Assembly (NCBI RefSeq): GCF_039555335.1
Contig: NC_092647.1
Span: forward strand, 51,925,740 to 51,989,739
Direction of reading: 5' to 3'
DNA from: Amphiura filiformis
Taxonomy: Eukaryota
DNA: 64,000 nt
The notes beneath the pieces were generated by a model that saw only the letters and a list, made by a program, of their open reading frames with translations, had not been told where the DNA came from and ran no database searches. The position numbers were made by a program, and so were the translations under genes. Numbering within the stretch: position 1 is the first letter of the stretch; every line of letters starts with the position of its first letter. Below, in pieces: positions 13,303 to 25,322 of this stretch.

Positions 13303-13659
13303 GTAATTAGTGAAAAATAAAGAAACGAGTGCTTTAGGTCTGTTTAAAAAATCTTTATTGTATTTCTCTATGTAATGTGCGTTTTCCACTTTCTGCATGT
13401 CCAATCAGGATCATTTTAAAACTTTTTTTAGTGCAATGACAGCTATATTAATAAGAATTCCCTCTTATTGGTACTTTTAAAAGCAGTTTGGCATATTATG
13501 GTTGTTTTCGGGGTATATAGTTTGCGTGGCACTTTTTGCTGTTAATCGACAGTTTAATGTTAATTGAATTTAAAGATAGCAGACAATTAATTGAATTTAA
13601 AGATAGCAGGCAGCACAAATTAATATTATGCTGAAGCTGTGCCAGTGAAATAACCATCT

Positions 13660-14820
13660 CAAAAACAAGTAACTAACCCCCCTTAAATAATGGCCATTAT
13701 TCAGAAATAATCTGTAAAATGCGTTGGAAGCAGAATTTATTTCTGCACATTTTGACACCTCATTTGCAGCAATTGACTAATAAAATATTGACGTCACATC
13801 GTACATTTAAATCAATGTAACCCAAGATTTGAAAGTTGCAGTAAATTGTATTGCTTTTGTATTCAGTGTAATGGAAGGAAATCTGTGTAATGATATTTGA
13901 GTGTTTTTTGAATTGTAAAAATTTGTATGTACCCAGCAAACACAAAAACGTTTTTAAAACGTTTTAAATAAGTTATATTTTGGCTTTTGGTTTAGGTAAA
14001 AACGTTTTAATAACATCAAAATGTCGGGTTATATAAAGGTCATGATAACGTTTTAAAACGTTTTGTATGAAAACACACTAAAACAATATTTGTAAATGTT
14101 TTCAAAAAATGTTATTGTAAACTATTTTTGCAAACATTTTTGCCAAATATTGTGTCAATACTTAAATAACACTATGTTAAAATATTTGAACCCAGCAAAC
14201 ACAGAAATGTTCTTAGAATGTTTTTTTCAAAACCTTTTAATAACATTTAAATGTCGGGTTATATAAAGGTCATGAAAACGTTTTTAAAACGTTATTGAAA
14301 ATATTTTGGGCAAACATTTTTCGCAAAATATTTTTTCAACCCCAAAATAACATTCTGTTTAGAATGTTTCGTATCAAGTTTTCAAGAATGTTTTTGGAAT
14401 GTTATTAAAACGTTTTTATACCCTTTATATAACCCGACATTTAAATGTTTTCTGTAAAACATTTTGTTTGCTGAGCAGTAGATTATCAAAAAATGTTTTT
14501 TAAGGTTATGAAAACGTTTTATACTCTTAATATACTCTTTATATAACCCGACATTTAAACGTTTTCTGACAACCTTTTATAACCTTTTGCGAATGATGTC
14601 GAAAACGTTTTGTGTTTGCTGGGTAAGTGCAACTTTCAAATCTGGACCTCACTACATTAAATTGACCGGTGTTTTATTGTTTTCTGGGCTATCGTATCAA
14701 ACGAGGTGTCAAAATGCGCAGAAAAAAATTCTGCTTCCAACGTATTTTACAGATTTGTAATACAATAGCCCCTTTCTGAATAATGGCCATTATTTAAGGG
14801 GGGTTAGTTACTTTTTTTTG
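13660..14820. mobile_element. Large foldback element in intron 2 of GPCR paralog A, with inverted arms of about 150 bp and an internal array of AAAACGTTTT-containing units.
   Basis: The segment 13670-13790 is the reverse complement of 14690-14810. The interior repeats the units ...cgttttaaaacgtt... and ...ataccctttatataacccgacatttaaa... Related copies lie at 22380-22600. A foldback of the same type lies at 19960-20410. Confidence 0.6.
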
Positions 14821-15073
14821 AGATGTTTATAACATACGATAAAATACCGATACACGCTATGATACTAATCTATTTGCAAATATTCGTGGTATTTAGCGTT
14901 GATCTCCTTGTTTAATTCTTACTACTGTTCCCCTAAATTTACGTATATTAGCGACCCATAAAAGCTAACTAGATTTTTCCAAAGGGTTTTCTTCTTGCTG
15001 TATTTCCATATTTCTGTTCAATGTTATTATAACTAACAAGGTTCTTTTTTCTTCCATTCTTTATTTAATCCAG

Positions 15074-15556
15074 ATCTCGATACTAATGGGATTCACCTGG
15101 ATATTCGGCTATATAGCAACCTTCACTGGTATTGATGCTCTCTGGTTTGTATTTATCATCCTCAACTCATCTCAAGGGTTCTTCGTCTTGTTAGCCAACA
15201 CCTGTAATAGGCGTGTCTACAAATGTTATAGACAAGCACTCTGTGGACGAGGCAATAGAGTCAACCCCCAAATGGCACCAGAATTACCACAGCAACACCA
15301 TCTTCAACCACAATATCCAATAGAAAACGATGGCAAATCATTGTTTGCAGAAGCAATCAAGGAAGGGCAAGAGAGAGCACGAATCAAAGAAGTTAAGTAT
15401 GAGGATGCACATAAACCAATTGGATTCGACCCAGATAATCTACCATCTTCGTCTCGTGCAAGGCCATCTTTAGGCTATTTGTTTTCGCAAAATCTTTGTG
15501 AGCGGAGTCTGGTTATTCCAGTTGGAGATGCCGAAAGAGGACAATATGTACTCTAA
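15074..15556 (+). CDS. Exon 3 of GPCR paralog A, encoding TM6-TM7, the tail and the stop codon.
   Basis: Pyrimidine-rich acceptor ...ttctttatttaatccag|ATC. Phase 0, matching the donor at 13302. The junction reads KYLIIYMK|ISILMGFTWIFG, as expected for the family-B TM6 entry. Confidence 0.8.
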   Translation: MSILMGFTWIFGYIATFTGIDALWFVFIILNSSQGFFVLLANTCNRRVYKCYRQALCGRGNRVNPQMAPELPQQHHLQPQYPIENDGKSLFAEAIKEGQERARIKEVKYEDAHKPIGFDPDNLPSSSRARPSLGYLFSQNLCERSLVIPVGDAERGQYVL

Positions 15557-16439
15557 CTGTGTTGTGTGCTTCTGATCTTTTTTGGCCTCCACCAGAAATT
15601 TTGAGTGCAAGCCAGATCAAAAGCTTTCAAAAGCTATCGAAAACTTGTGTGCATTATAATAATATTATTATTAGGCAAAAAAAACAAGTTTGTTTCCTGT
15701 AGCGCGCGCATTACGTTTTTGACTGATTATTTTGCGAATTAGAATTTTTTTCACTTACAAAGAAAAAAATCGCAAAAAATAATATAAAACACAACTGGAG
15801 TGAACATTTACACAACAAACTAGCGTAGTGAAAGACTACTGGTGAATACATCACACATTTATTTAAATTTTTTTTTTTAATCTGCAGGTTGAAAAGGGAT
15901 CATTAATATTCTTGAATATGAAGAAATATGATTTTGTGTGTGTGTGTCGGAGAGACCCACAGAAATTCCCATTCCAATTTGCAGCAAAAAAGTTTTTGGT
16001 TTTTTTTTAAGACATGGATATATAAAAAAAAATTAAAAACCAATATTTCGCATTTAACTTTTTTGACTTGCTACAGGAAACTTGCTACAGGCCTAGGCTT
16101 AAGGTGTTTATCATTGTGATACCATTCCGGGAGTAAAGAAACTAAGGCTAAAGTGACCTTTGAACTGTTGGTCTGTACCATCTTTATTCGAATCCTGTGT
16201 GCATTCCCACTTAATCCCAGATAGTGAACATCCCGCTGTTTGCAAACTGCGAGGTGTGATGCGTAATTCTTTACATCGGAGTGTGAATACCAAATGATTT
16301 CTATGTCGGGCGATTTTCTTGCCAAATCCTTCCAAATCACGTAGTTGTTTCACAGATTCTTGTCCATAATTATTCCTTAAATCACTAAATAGATTCATCA
16401 GGTTTGTAGATATACAGTAAAATAATTTTCTTTTGCACA

Positions 16440-16990
16440 AAACCAAAATATTTTACTCACTTGACGGTTTCGCCTATCATGGTCGATAGGCATCATCAGA
16501 ATGATGTTGGATGATCCTTACTTCCGGTAGGACGTATCCCGACTGTAGAGGGTGTATTTACAGCCAGGAGAGGATCATTAGAGACTCGTCTAAAAGAACA
16601 CCAGAAAGAGACAGACAGGGTGTCAAAAACCAAATCAAATTACACCCGGCAAACCCGAAAACAATCAGCGAGTGAACAATCCAAGTCAGCTATAACAGAC
16701 CACGCAGTGCAACAAAATCATATCATCAATTGGGACAATGCCAAAATTCTTAGCAAGGAGTGTGATGCAAATGCCAGATATGTCAAAGAATCAATATGGA
16801 TCAGGAGACGAGGACCCAATGTCATGAATAGAGACGAGGGGCCCACTACCTTAGTCACGTGTATGATCCTCTCCTGGCTGTAAATACACCCTCTACAGTC
16901 GGGATACGTCCTACCGGAAGTAAGGATCATCCAACATCATTCTGATGATGCCTATCGACCATGATAGGCGAAACCGTCAAGTGAGTAAAA
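16440..16990 (+). mobile_element. Palindromic PLE-derived fragment (GIY-YIG C-terminal piece flanked by about 110-bp inverted repeats).
   Basis: Internal ORF encodes ...TRLKEH...AITDHAVQQNHIINWDNAKILSKECDANARYVKESIWIRR..NVMNRDEG, matching the endonuclease tail of the PLE at 46600-46830. The flank 16440-16560 is the reverse complement of 16880-16990. Confidence 0.5.
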
Positions 16991-17339
16991 TATTTTGGTT
17001 TTGTGCAAAAGAAAATTATTTTACATTACTTATAGTATTAATAGTATTTTAAACATGTTGTAAAGTTACACTGTAATTTGATTTATTTTGTAAGCATTGT
17101 ATTTATCTAAATTTGCAATTTTAATATTGTGTATTTGAATGTATGTAGTATTTTTAAAACCTTAATAATTATGTCATGTAAATGTTGTATTGATCCCTGG
17201 GTCTCAAGGAAGAACAGATTAATTGTGTATTCAACTGATTGAGTGTCCCAGGTTAAACAAGAAATAAAACAAACAAACAAAGACCATCCAAATAAAGACA
17301 CAATCACCAGAATTGAATTGCGATTAAGGACTGGAGTTG

Positions 17340-17700
17340 TCATATTAGTACGTAATGCTCAGGGCCGGATTTAACTTTTTTGGGGGGGCCTGGGCCAGGC
17401 CAAAATTTGGAGGCCCCAAACCCACCGTGAGGAAGGCATGTGCACTCAAGTGGCCAAGTTTTTAGATTTTACTAGGACATTGCGCCCGAAAAAAATTCAA
17501 TTTTAGACTATTTTAGCCCGAATTGAAGCTGAATTTTGCTATAATTTTATAACATGCCACTTTCGCAATTTTTGTAGGCTATTGGCCCAAAACATAGTAT
17601 TTTTCGGCTAAAATGAAAGATGCACACTGCACAGGGCAATTTTGGGGGCCCTGGGCCCGGGCCCATCTGGCCCTATGGTAAATCAGGCCCTGGTAAATGC
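17340..17700. mobile_element. Foldback MITE with GGGCC-rich termini.
   Basis: gggccggatttaac...gggcccgggcccatctggccc. The termini are inverted copies of each other. Confidence 0.45.
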
Positions 17701-18299
17701 TAACCTTTGAGTTTTTGTACCATTTTTTTAAATTTGCACGTCATGAGTGTGACGTTAAGACTGTCTGTAAGCCTGCATCTGATTCTTGCCTAAAGGATTC
17801 CTTTTCGTTAGGAGCACCGACACATATCATGATTGTATCTAATAATGATTATAAATTATTATTATGAAACAACTAAGCTAGCCTAAGTAATCATATTGTA
17901 TTTTTTATCTAAAAATTAATTTGATCCATGGCAGCCAGGACTACAATTCACTGCGGTATTTGCATATAGATGAGAGAAACCAATTAAAGTTTATCGCCTT
18001 AGTGAGGTGATACTCATGTACAACATGCAATGTTTTTCATTTTGCCGATATTTCTTAGTTTTTTTACTATTATAAAATGTGTATATAAAGTGGCGTAAGG
18101 TGTCAATACACCACGATGGAAAACACACAATTTCACTTTGTAACCATATACCAAATTTATTTAATTAATTGTTAAGTAATCAGCCAATATTGCCTGCTGA
18201 GACTTAGTGAAAGAGAACATCACATACTGCAGTTACTGTCCGTTTTCCTATACACAATACACAGTGCTCTTTCCCATTGACGCGTGACCTCTACAAATA

Positions 18300-18650
18300 G
18301 CCTACGTTAAAAGTATGGGGATATGCCTAGTTAACGTCGCTGTGTGAAAAATAACCGGCCAATATTAAAAGTACTCTTCTAAAGTTCTAGAAAATATAGT
18401 TTTGTAACATGTCCTAAATTTTTAGCTAATTTAGATGTTTGGAAATATGCGTACTTTGGTGTTTTAGTTAATGTTATAGGTAATAGTACATTGCCTAGTT
18501 AACGTCGCTGTGTGAAAAATAACCGGCCAATATTAAAAGTACTCTTCTAAAATTCTAGACAATATAGTTTTGTAACATGTCCTAAATTTTTAGCTAATTT
18601 AGATGTTTGGAAATATGCGTACTTTGGTGTTTTAGGAAGGATATGTAAAC
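18300..18650. repeat. Direct tandem duplication of about 175 bp.
   Basis: 18300-18475 is nearly identical to 18478-18650 (gcctagttaacgtcgctgtgtgaaaaataaccggccaatattaaaag...). Confidence 0.7.
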
Positions 18651-21600
18651 GACAGATAACACCAAAAAATATGAAGAAATTATTTCCAAACCGTGTTAAG
18701 TCTGCAAACCACCATGTTTCTCATTTTCAAGAACGCTGGTTAACAATAAGCACGTATTGTCTCATTTCGTAAACAAAGACCATACAGAATTGTTCTCTAG
18801 CGCTCGCTTTATAATCGTTCGCCCAACTGAAAGTATAATCCCAGTTCATTGCTCCATTGTACGTGTAAAGCAGACACATATGTTGTGTGTATTTAACCAG
18901 AGAAGATATGATTTAATCACTTGAGCTGTTTTCAATGAGTGTTATCTTGGTTTAATAGCTTTTAATGGGGTTTAAGTCCTGCAAAGGTCGAGTTGAATTC
19001 TACTGTAGACATGACTGCATCATGATTAAAAACATAATACGTGCCAATATACCACAGATCACCTTACGCCACTATGGAATGAAGCCGATTTTGTTTTGTG
19101 TCAATGGGACATTTCCATTGAATTTCAAATGAGGTCCTGAATGGGTGACTCCATTTAAAATCTACACCCCTTGTGTGGGAGATTAAGGTCATGTCTTCCA
19201 AAGGGGTGTATTGATTTCAAATAGAATATAAACCTAAAAATGACGAACAATCATCAAAAAACAAAACAGGAGCATATATATAGACAAAAGGACACACACT
19301 GCATGCAAACTGGGCTTCCCGGTCAATGCTATATTTCAGATTTTTTAAATAGTTTTGGTACCATTTTTTTTTGTGGTTGAATTTGCACGTGTTTGTACAT
19401 GAGTGTGACGCTAGCTTCCTGTACATGTGTCAGATTGTTCCCTAAAAGAGTCCTTTTTGTTACGAGCACCGACACATTATAGCTCATTCTCATGAATCTA
19501 ATAATGATTGTAATTATTCTTATGAAACACACTAAGCCTAATTAATCATAATTAACCATTTAGGAACCTCGGGGATATTGTATTTTTCATCTAAAAATTA
19601 ATTTGATCCATGACAACCAGGATTAATATTACTACGGTATTTGCATATAGATGAGAAAAAATGAAATGTGTTTCCGTATTAGTGACAAGCCCTAAAGCTA
19701 TTCAGTTATTGTCTGGAATATAGAACAGAGATCACGCCAACGGAGCAACTCGTTCAGTTTGATAAAGTACGTCTTTTTCAACATATAGCAGGTAAGACGC
19801 AAGTCATTTTGAACTATTTATGCTCGATTTTCTCCGCATTGTTTTGATATTAAATTTAGACCACTAGCAATTTGTTTTGTTCCAATAAATGGGATATTTC
19901 CACAGTGGGATATTTCATTAATTTTCAAATGGGTTGAAATCTAAAGTCTGCACAAAAAGTAACGCAGCTGTTATAAATAGGTCTATAGCTTCGGAACTAA
20001 TTATTGTTTCCATAATATTTCTACAGAGAAAGGAAAATTACTTATTTACGCGCATTTTGATACCTCATTTGTCAAATGTCTTTCAATATTAACAACACAA
20101 TAGTGCCTTTAAAGAAAAATATCTGAATTTAAAAGTTGCAGTTTACAGCGATCAATGGTTGTTACGCAAGCATTGTGGCACGTAAAACCGTCCATTACCG
20201 TATCTTCGCGCTTACTTCAAATCAATACAAATAGCTGCAACTTTTAAATTCGGGCATTTATCTTTAAAAACACTGCTGTATTGTTAACGAAATTGGACAA
20301 ATAGGGTATCAAAATGCGCGTAAATAAATAATCCTTCTTTCTATGTTGAAATATTGTGAACACAATTATTAGTTCTGACGCTATAGGCTTATAACAGCTG
20401 GGTTACTTTTTGTGCAGTCTTTACACCCCATGTGTGGGAGATAAATAGAAACATGGTTGAGTGTCTTTAATTTACTGCCTGTTTCGTGATCATAGCATCC
20501 TTTTTTATGATATTTTTCAGTAGATATCTACGAAAAAAGCGTCATTCCCAAAATTTCAGTTGATTCTGATTTTGCGTTTGCGAGTTATGCATGATAATGT
20601 GTTTTACACTGCTCCATAGGCCACTGTTGTAATTTCGTTCTGGTATACCAGAACGAAATTCAAATTTGACGATCTTTTTGCTTAATCTGCACGAAATATT
20701 TGGTACATAAACATCAATAGCAATGGTAAAACCTGAAAGTGTACCACAGATTGTTTGTATGTAGATTAGGCCATCTTAATTTAATAGTTGGTCTCGAAGC
20801 CCATCAAAAGTTAAAAACCTAATTCGGAATACAGTTTTTTGTTGTTGTTTTTTTGCTTTAATTTTTTGTTATCTCTGAACGAGCTTTTTGGCAATAATAG
20901 ACCACCTTTTCATCTCTCAAGGAGGTATCACTGTATTTATTATGGGACATTAGAGCACGTCAGACATATCGAATTACATTCTGAATACGAAGAATGTCCT
21001 TCTGATATCAAATAATTACAAAACAATACTGTCAAAACGCTCAAAACGCTCATTCTAGATCCAAGATGAAGAATTTTATTGACGTCTGGCGATGTCAGAC
21101 GTGAGATTTTTTGTGTGGTGAATTTGGGAAAGAATAAAACAGCGATAAAAACTGAATAACGCGCAAAAAGCGGGCGATTTTATTTATGCGCGCGGGGCTT
21201 TGAGAAGAACTCTTAATGACCTTAGGTAATTCCCAGTTGTAAATATATATTAAATAAAGCTATTATTTTTCGTAGTCAGAGGAATCGGGCAAGGGCTGAT
21301 TTATACCATTATAGCTGAGTCGCTCCTGTGAAGAAAACATGACGATTTCTGGGCATATAGAGAAGTGCAATATACATGATACTTCACAAAAAGTAACGCA
21401 GCCATTACAAATACGACTGTAGTACAAACCGATACAGTAAAACCCCGGGTATTTCTCGGCCCAAATTCACTGTCTTGGGCATTGGATATAGAGCTAGATT
21501 TTTGTCACGAATGCTTCGTAGTCAGTGTGCTTCTGCGAGCGTACATTGGTTCAGTTGTCGGCAGGTATGTTTTTTCAATGGATTGCCGAGCTTCCAAAAA

Positions 21601-21837
21601 GGCTTAATTGGGAAAATACACGCGCGTAGGGCACAAGAATTTTTTTTCCTTTTTTCTTTTTGTCGGATAGGGAGGAACTCTGCCCGCCCTATATATAATA
21701 TAATTATATAGGGTCTATGCGTTGAAGGACGAAGTGATATCGGCTTGATTAATATCGATGGTGCACTGTTGGTGTTAACGTTGGTGCTGATGGTGCGGTT
21801 GGCGTTGGCGTTGGTGTTTGTGGTATTTTGATGCTGT

Positions 21838-21900
21838 TGGTGACGGGAGTGGTGGCGGGAGTGGTGACGGGAGTGGTGACGGGAGTGGTGACGGTGGATG
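21838..21900. repeat. Minisatellite (GGGAGTGGTGAC)x4-5 in the promoter-proximal block of GPCR paralog B.
   Basis: Direct 12-mer repeats. The orthologous position in paralog A (7700-7810) holds a degenerate GGTGATGG-rich version. Confidence 0.7.
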
Positions 21901-21988
21901 TGGTGGCGTTTGTGATCAGTATTATATATAATGGTTTATGTCTGGCCTTTTTTTTCAGTTTAACATACCTAATCCCCTGACGAGTAAG

Positions 21989-22052
21989 ATGGAATTGCAA
22001 AAAGTGAGCTTTCTTTTTACATTGCTGATATTTATTGAAATCTACGCCCAAG
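21989..22052 (+). CDS. Exon 1 (signal peptide) of GPCR paralog B, encoding MELQKVSFLFTLLIFIEIYAQ plus 1 nt.
   Basis: Paralog of 8141-8204, with an identical hydrophobic core and an identical donor CAAG|GTACGT. The 5' flank is a shared promoter-like block. Confidence 0.6.
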
Positions 22053-23399
22053 GTACGTTTTTACTTTTAGCGTGTTAATATGAACGTTTCTGGGATGAAA
22101 GATCAGTAGTAAGGTGGTCTCTTTTCGTGTCAACATTTTTTGTTTTAGTCTCTCTTTGTGTTAGCCTATTATCGTTGTATTGAAGTTTATATTTTTTTAA
22201 TCTTTAATATTTGTCGTGTATATGTGTTAAAACGTCGATTTGAAAGTAACGTCGCTGTCACTCTACATGCTCTATAACCGTACCTCATGCAAGACTCTTT
22301 TCGTGTTATTTTATTGATTATTTAATGGAAACGTAAATGCGTCGATTGCGTAACAAATCGTGTCGATTGCGACCCAGCAAATAAGTTGTTGAAAGTTCTT
22401 AAACGTATTATTCAAAGGACATGAAAACGTTTTTAAATGTTAATGTAAAATATTTTGGGCAAACAGTTTTTGCAAATAGTTTGTCAACAATTAAATAGCA
22501 TAGCATTCTGTTTCGAATGTTTTACATCAAGTTTTCAAAAATGTTTTTGAACGTTATTAAAACGTTTTTATACCCTTTATATAACCCAAGGTTAGCAACT
22601 AAACTGTTGCGATTTGGTAGTTCATCGCATCTTGCGAATGATAGTGAGCTTTGGCAAAAACTGCATTAATCATTTTACTGGGCGTGTAGAAGAATTCAAA
22701 TATCACAGATATACTTTTGTAGGTCCTGTGGTTCTCGAGTTATGTTGTAAAGAGGGCTGAAACAACAACACATTTTGTAAAACGTACATAACTCATTAAC
22801 AGCAATAAATCAAAAAAGTTTTTAAAGTATATGATTTGTAGAATGAACTTTTGCAAAACATCAAAGTGTTATTTTTCAATAATATATTGATTTATATAAT
22901 AAATCGATTTTTTTTGGCTGCTTCGACCACCAACAATGCCTAGTCTACCCCTAAAGCCATATTATAAAATTTCTTTAAAAATAGATTAGTATTTATTTTC
23001 CATAAAATGTTAGCTTTTACTGTCAGATATGTCTCCTTTTAATTTTGAGCCGAACAAGTGAGGTAAAGCATAGAAAATTGGAATTTACTACTAGCGCCCA
23101 TGCATGTTACTCACGCGGTTGTAATACGATACGATCCTCGGGGTGTGTGTGTATGTGTATCCCGCACGCCGTGTACGTACTGTGCATACGTGTTCGACTA
23201 ATATTTCCATCGTAATAATAAAACGCCGGTTCCATCGTTTTATTCAAAATCTCGGATTTTGACAAACTACAACACCTAAAGTCTTGATTTTTGCAGAGTA
23301 TCTTTATTGACTAAAGTAGATTACAATCGTGTAAAAAACAGAATTTAAAAAGATTTTTGAGGGCGTTCTCCTCAGCAAATGTTATAATATGGCTTTAAA

Positions 23400-23790
23400 C
23401 AACTGGGGTAACAAATTGCGTCGATAAAGGGTATTATTGTTGGTCGAGGGCAGCAAAAAAAAGTAGTTCACAGCATCGTGCGAATGGTAGTGAGCTTTAG
23501 CAAAAATTGCATTGCTCAATTCATAGCGAGTGGGTAGAAGAATTCAAATATCACAGATATACTGATCGGTAGGTCTTGTGGTTCTTGAGTTATGTTGTAA
23601 AGAGGGCTGAAACAACAACGCTTTTGTAAAACATACATAACTCATTAACAACAATAAATTAAGCAAGTTTTCAAAGTATGATTTGTAGAATGAACTTTTG
23701 CAAAACACCAAAGTGTTATTTTTCAATAATATATTGATTCAGATAATGAAAATCGATTTTTTTTTGGCTGCTTCGACCAACAATACCTCG
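23400..23790. mobile_element. MITE family C, about 370 bp, with terminal inverted repeats GGTATTGTTGGTCGA(G/A)GCAGC.
   Basis: Copies at 22590-22950, 23400-23790, 45170-45530, 57600-57900 (partial) and 59400-59710. A terminal fragment lies at 8237-8283. Confidence 0.65.
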
Positions 23791-24575
23791 TATACAAATA
23801 AAAAATAAATATAAATATAAATATGAATAAATATAAATAAAAATATAAATATGAATAAATATAAATAAAAAATAAATACCCTAAGTAACAAATGCATCAA
23901 TTGCGTCGATTGCGTATCAAATTGCTTCGATTGCGTAACAAATTTCATCGATTGCATACCATCGCATAGATCAGTGTTCTTAGCAATGGTAATCATGCAT
24001 CAATTGCTATAGTAAACATTATAATCATTTAATGTATACCTGTAGTAACTGTAACTCTTCCTACAGTTTGTCCACTTAGAAGTACGAAGTAAAGTACACA
24101 GTAAATTGCGCAGTTTCTGCGCGTTGTAATGTACGTGAGCCAAGCGTTGTTAATCGGTGTTGAATCCACAGTCCAGTAGCGTATACGTGAACGCAAGATT
24201 ACGCGTACGTGTACGTGTTACGTGTAGTAAGCGAGTAAAGGTCGTCATGCCTGGAACGTAAACACTCTCTTATGTTGGAAGTAGCACCTCGAACATTACC
24301 GCTTTATTCTTTATTTTATTGCTGATATCAACAGTGAAATCATCTTGTAAGGTTGAGTGGAAATAACAGACGGACATTCCTGTAGTGTCTTACACCCTCT
24401 GATATTCATGTATCAGGATGTCAACCTTATGTATCTAACTTAATCTAAGATAGTATGTCAACCCTGTGTGAAACGGCACTCAAGAATAAGAACATGTCTG
24501 AGTCACAACATCATATTTGTGTGTCTGATTAACTACATTATATTGGCGACGAGTGAACGGATTCAAGATAACAAA

Positions 24576-25322
24576 ATGGCAACTTTCAATATTCCAGCAC
24601 CTGCACAGCTGGATATGACAGCAACTAACCTTGCCGTAAGTTGGTTAAAATTCAAACAACGCTATGAAAACTTTGCACTAGCCACTGGTTGTATCAGCCA
24701 TGTCAGCCAGCCAGATGAAACACAAGTGGCTACACTTCTTTCAGTAATTGGACAGGAAGCAGTAGACACTTATAATACATTTGCATGGGCCAACGTCGGT
24801 GATGACAAGAAGATTGCCCCAGTATTAGCTAAATTTGAAGCGTTCTGCTCACCGAAGAAGAACGTAGTGTACGAGCGTTACATATTCAACTCGCGAATGC
24901 GCAAGGAAGGTGAGTCCATCGACTCATTTGCCACAAATCTCAAACTGTTATCTGACACTTGTGAGTTTGGTGCACTGAAGGAGTCCCTGATCATGGATAG
25001 AATCATCCTTGTTGGGTTACGCGATACGCGTATGAAGCAACGTCTAATGAACATTGACAAATTAACACTTGAAAAAGCCGTCAATCAGATTAGATCAGCA
25101 GAAACCGCTGCTGCACAGGTTAAACAGATAGATACGCCCAAACTGGAGCACGTCAAAGCAGTGCGACACAAAATCAAGCCCAGCACAAGCCACAGTCAAA
25201 CCCACAAACGCAACGACCCAAGTCAAAGCCACCCGCCAGTTGTTACTTGTGTGGAGGTCAGTACCCACACACTGGTGATTGCCCCGCTAAAGGAAAAAAA
25301 TTCAACTTTTGCGGTAAGATGA
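24576..25322 (+). CDS. gag: gag ORF of the LTR retrotransposon.
   Basis: ATG at 24576, immediately after the LTR and primer-binding site. Zinc knuckles (CX2CX4-5HX3-4C) lie at the gag-pol junction, in the pol frame. Confidence 0.6.
   Translation: MATFNIPAPAQLDMTATNLAVSWLKFKQRYENFALATGCISHVSQPDETQVATLLSVIGQEAVDTYNTFAWANVGDDKKIAPVLAKFEAFCSPKKNVVYERYIFNSRMRKEGESIDSFATNLKLLSDTCEFGALKESLIMDRIILVGLRDTRMKQRLMNIDKLTLEKAVNQIRSAETAAAQVKQIDTPKLEHVKAVRHKIKPSTSHSQTHKRNDPSQSHPPVVTCVEVSTHTLVIAPLKEKNSTFAVR

Noticed and set aside
16071-16446. Minus-strand ORFs (…LRDLEGFGKKIARHRNHLVFTLRCKELRITPRSLQ…) in the element downstream of each GPCR terminal exon.
   Set aside because: The element is repeated after all three terminal exons, so it may be a TE-derived or 3'UTR-associated sequence. 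I could not assign it to a protein family, so no coding call is made.
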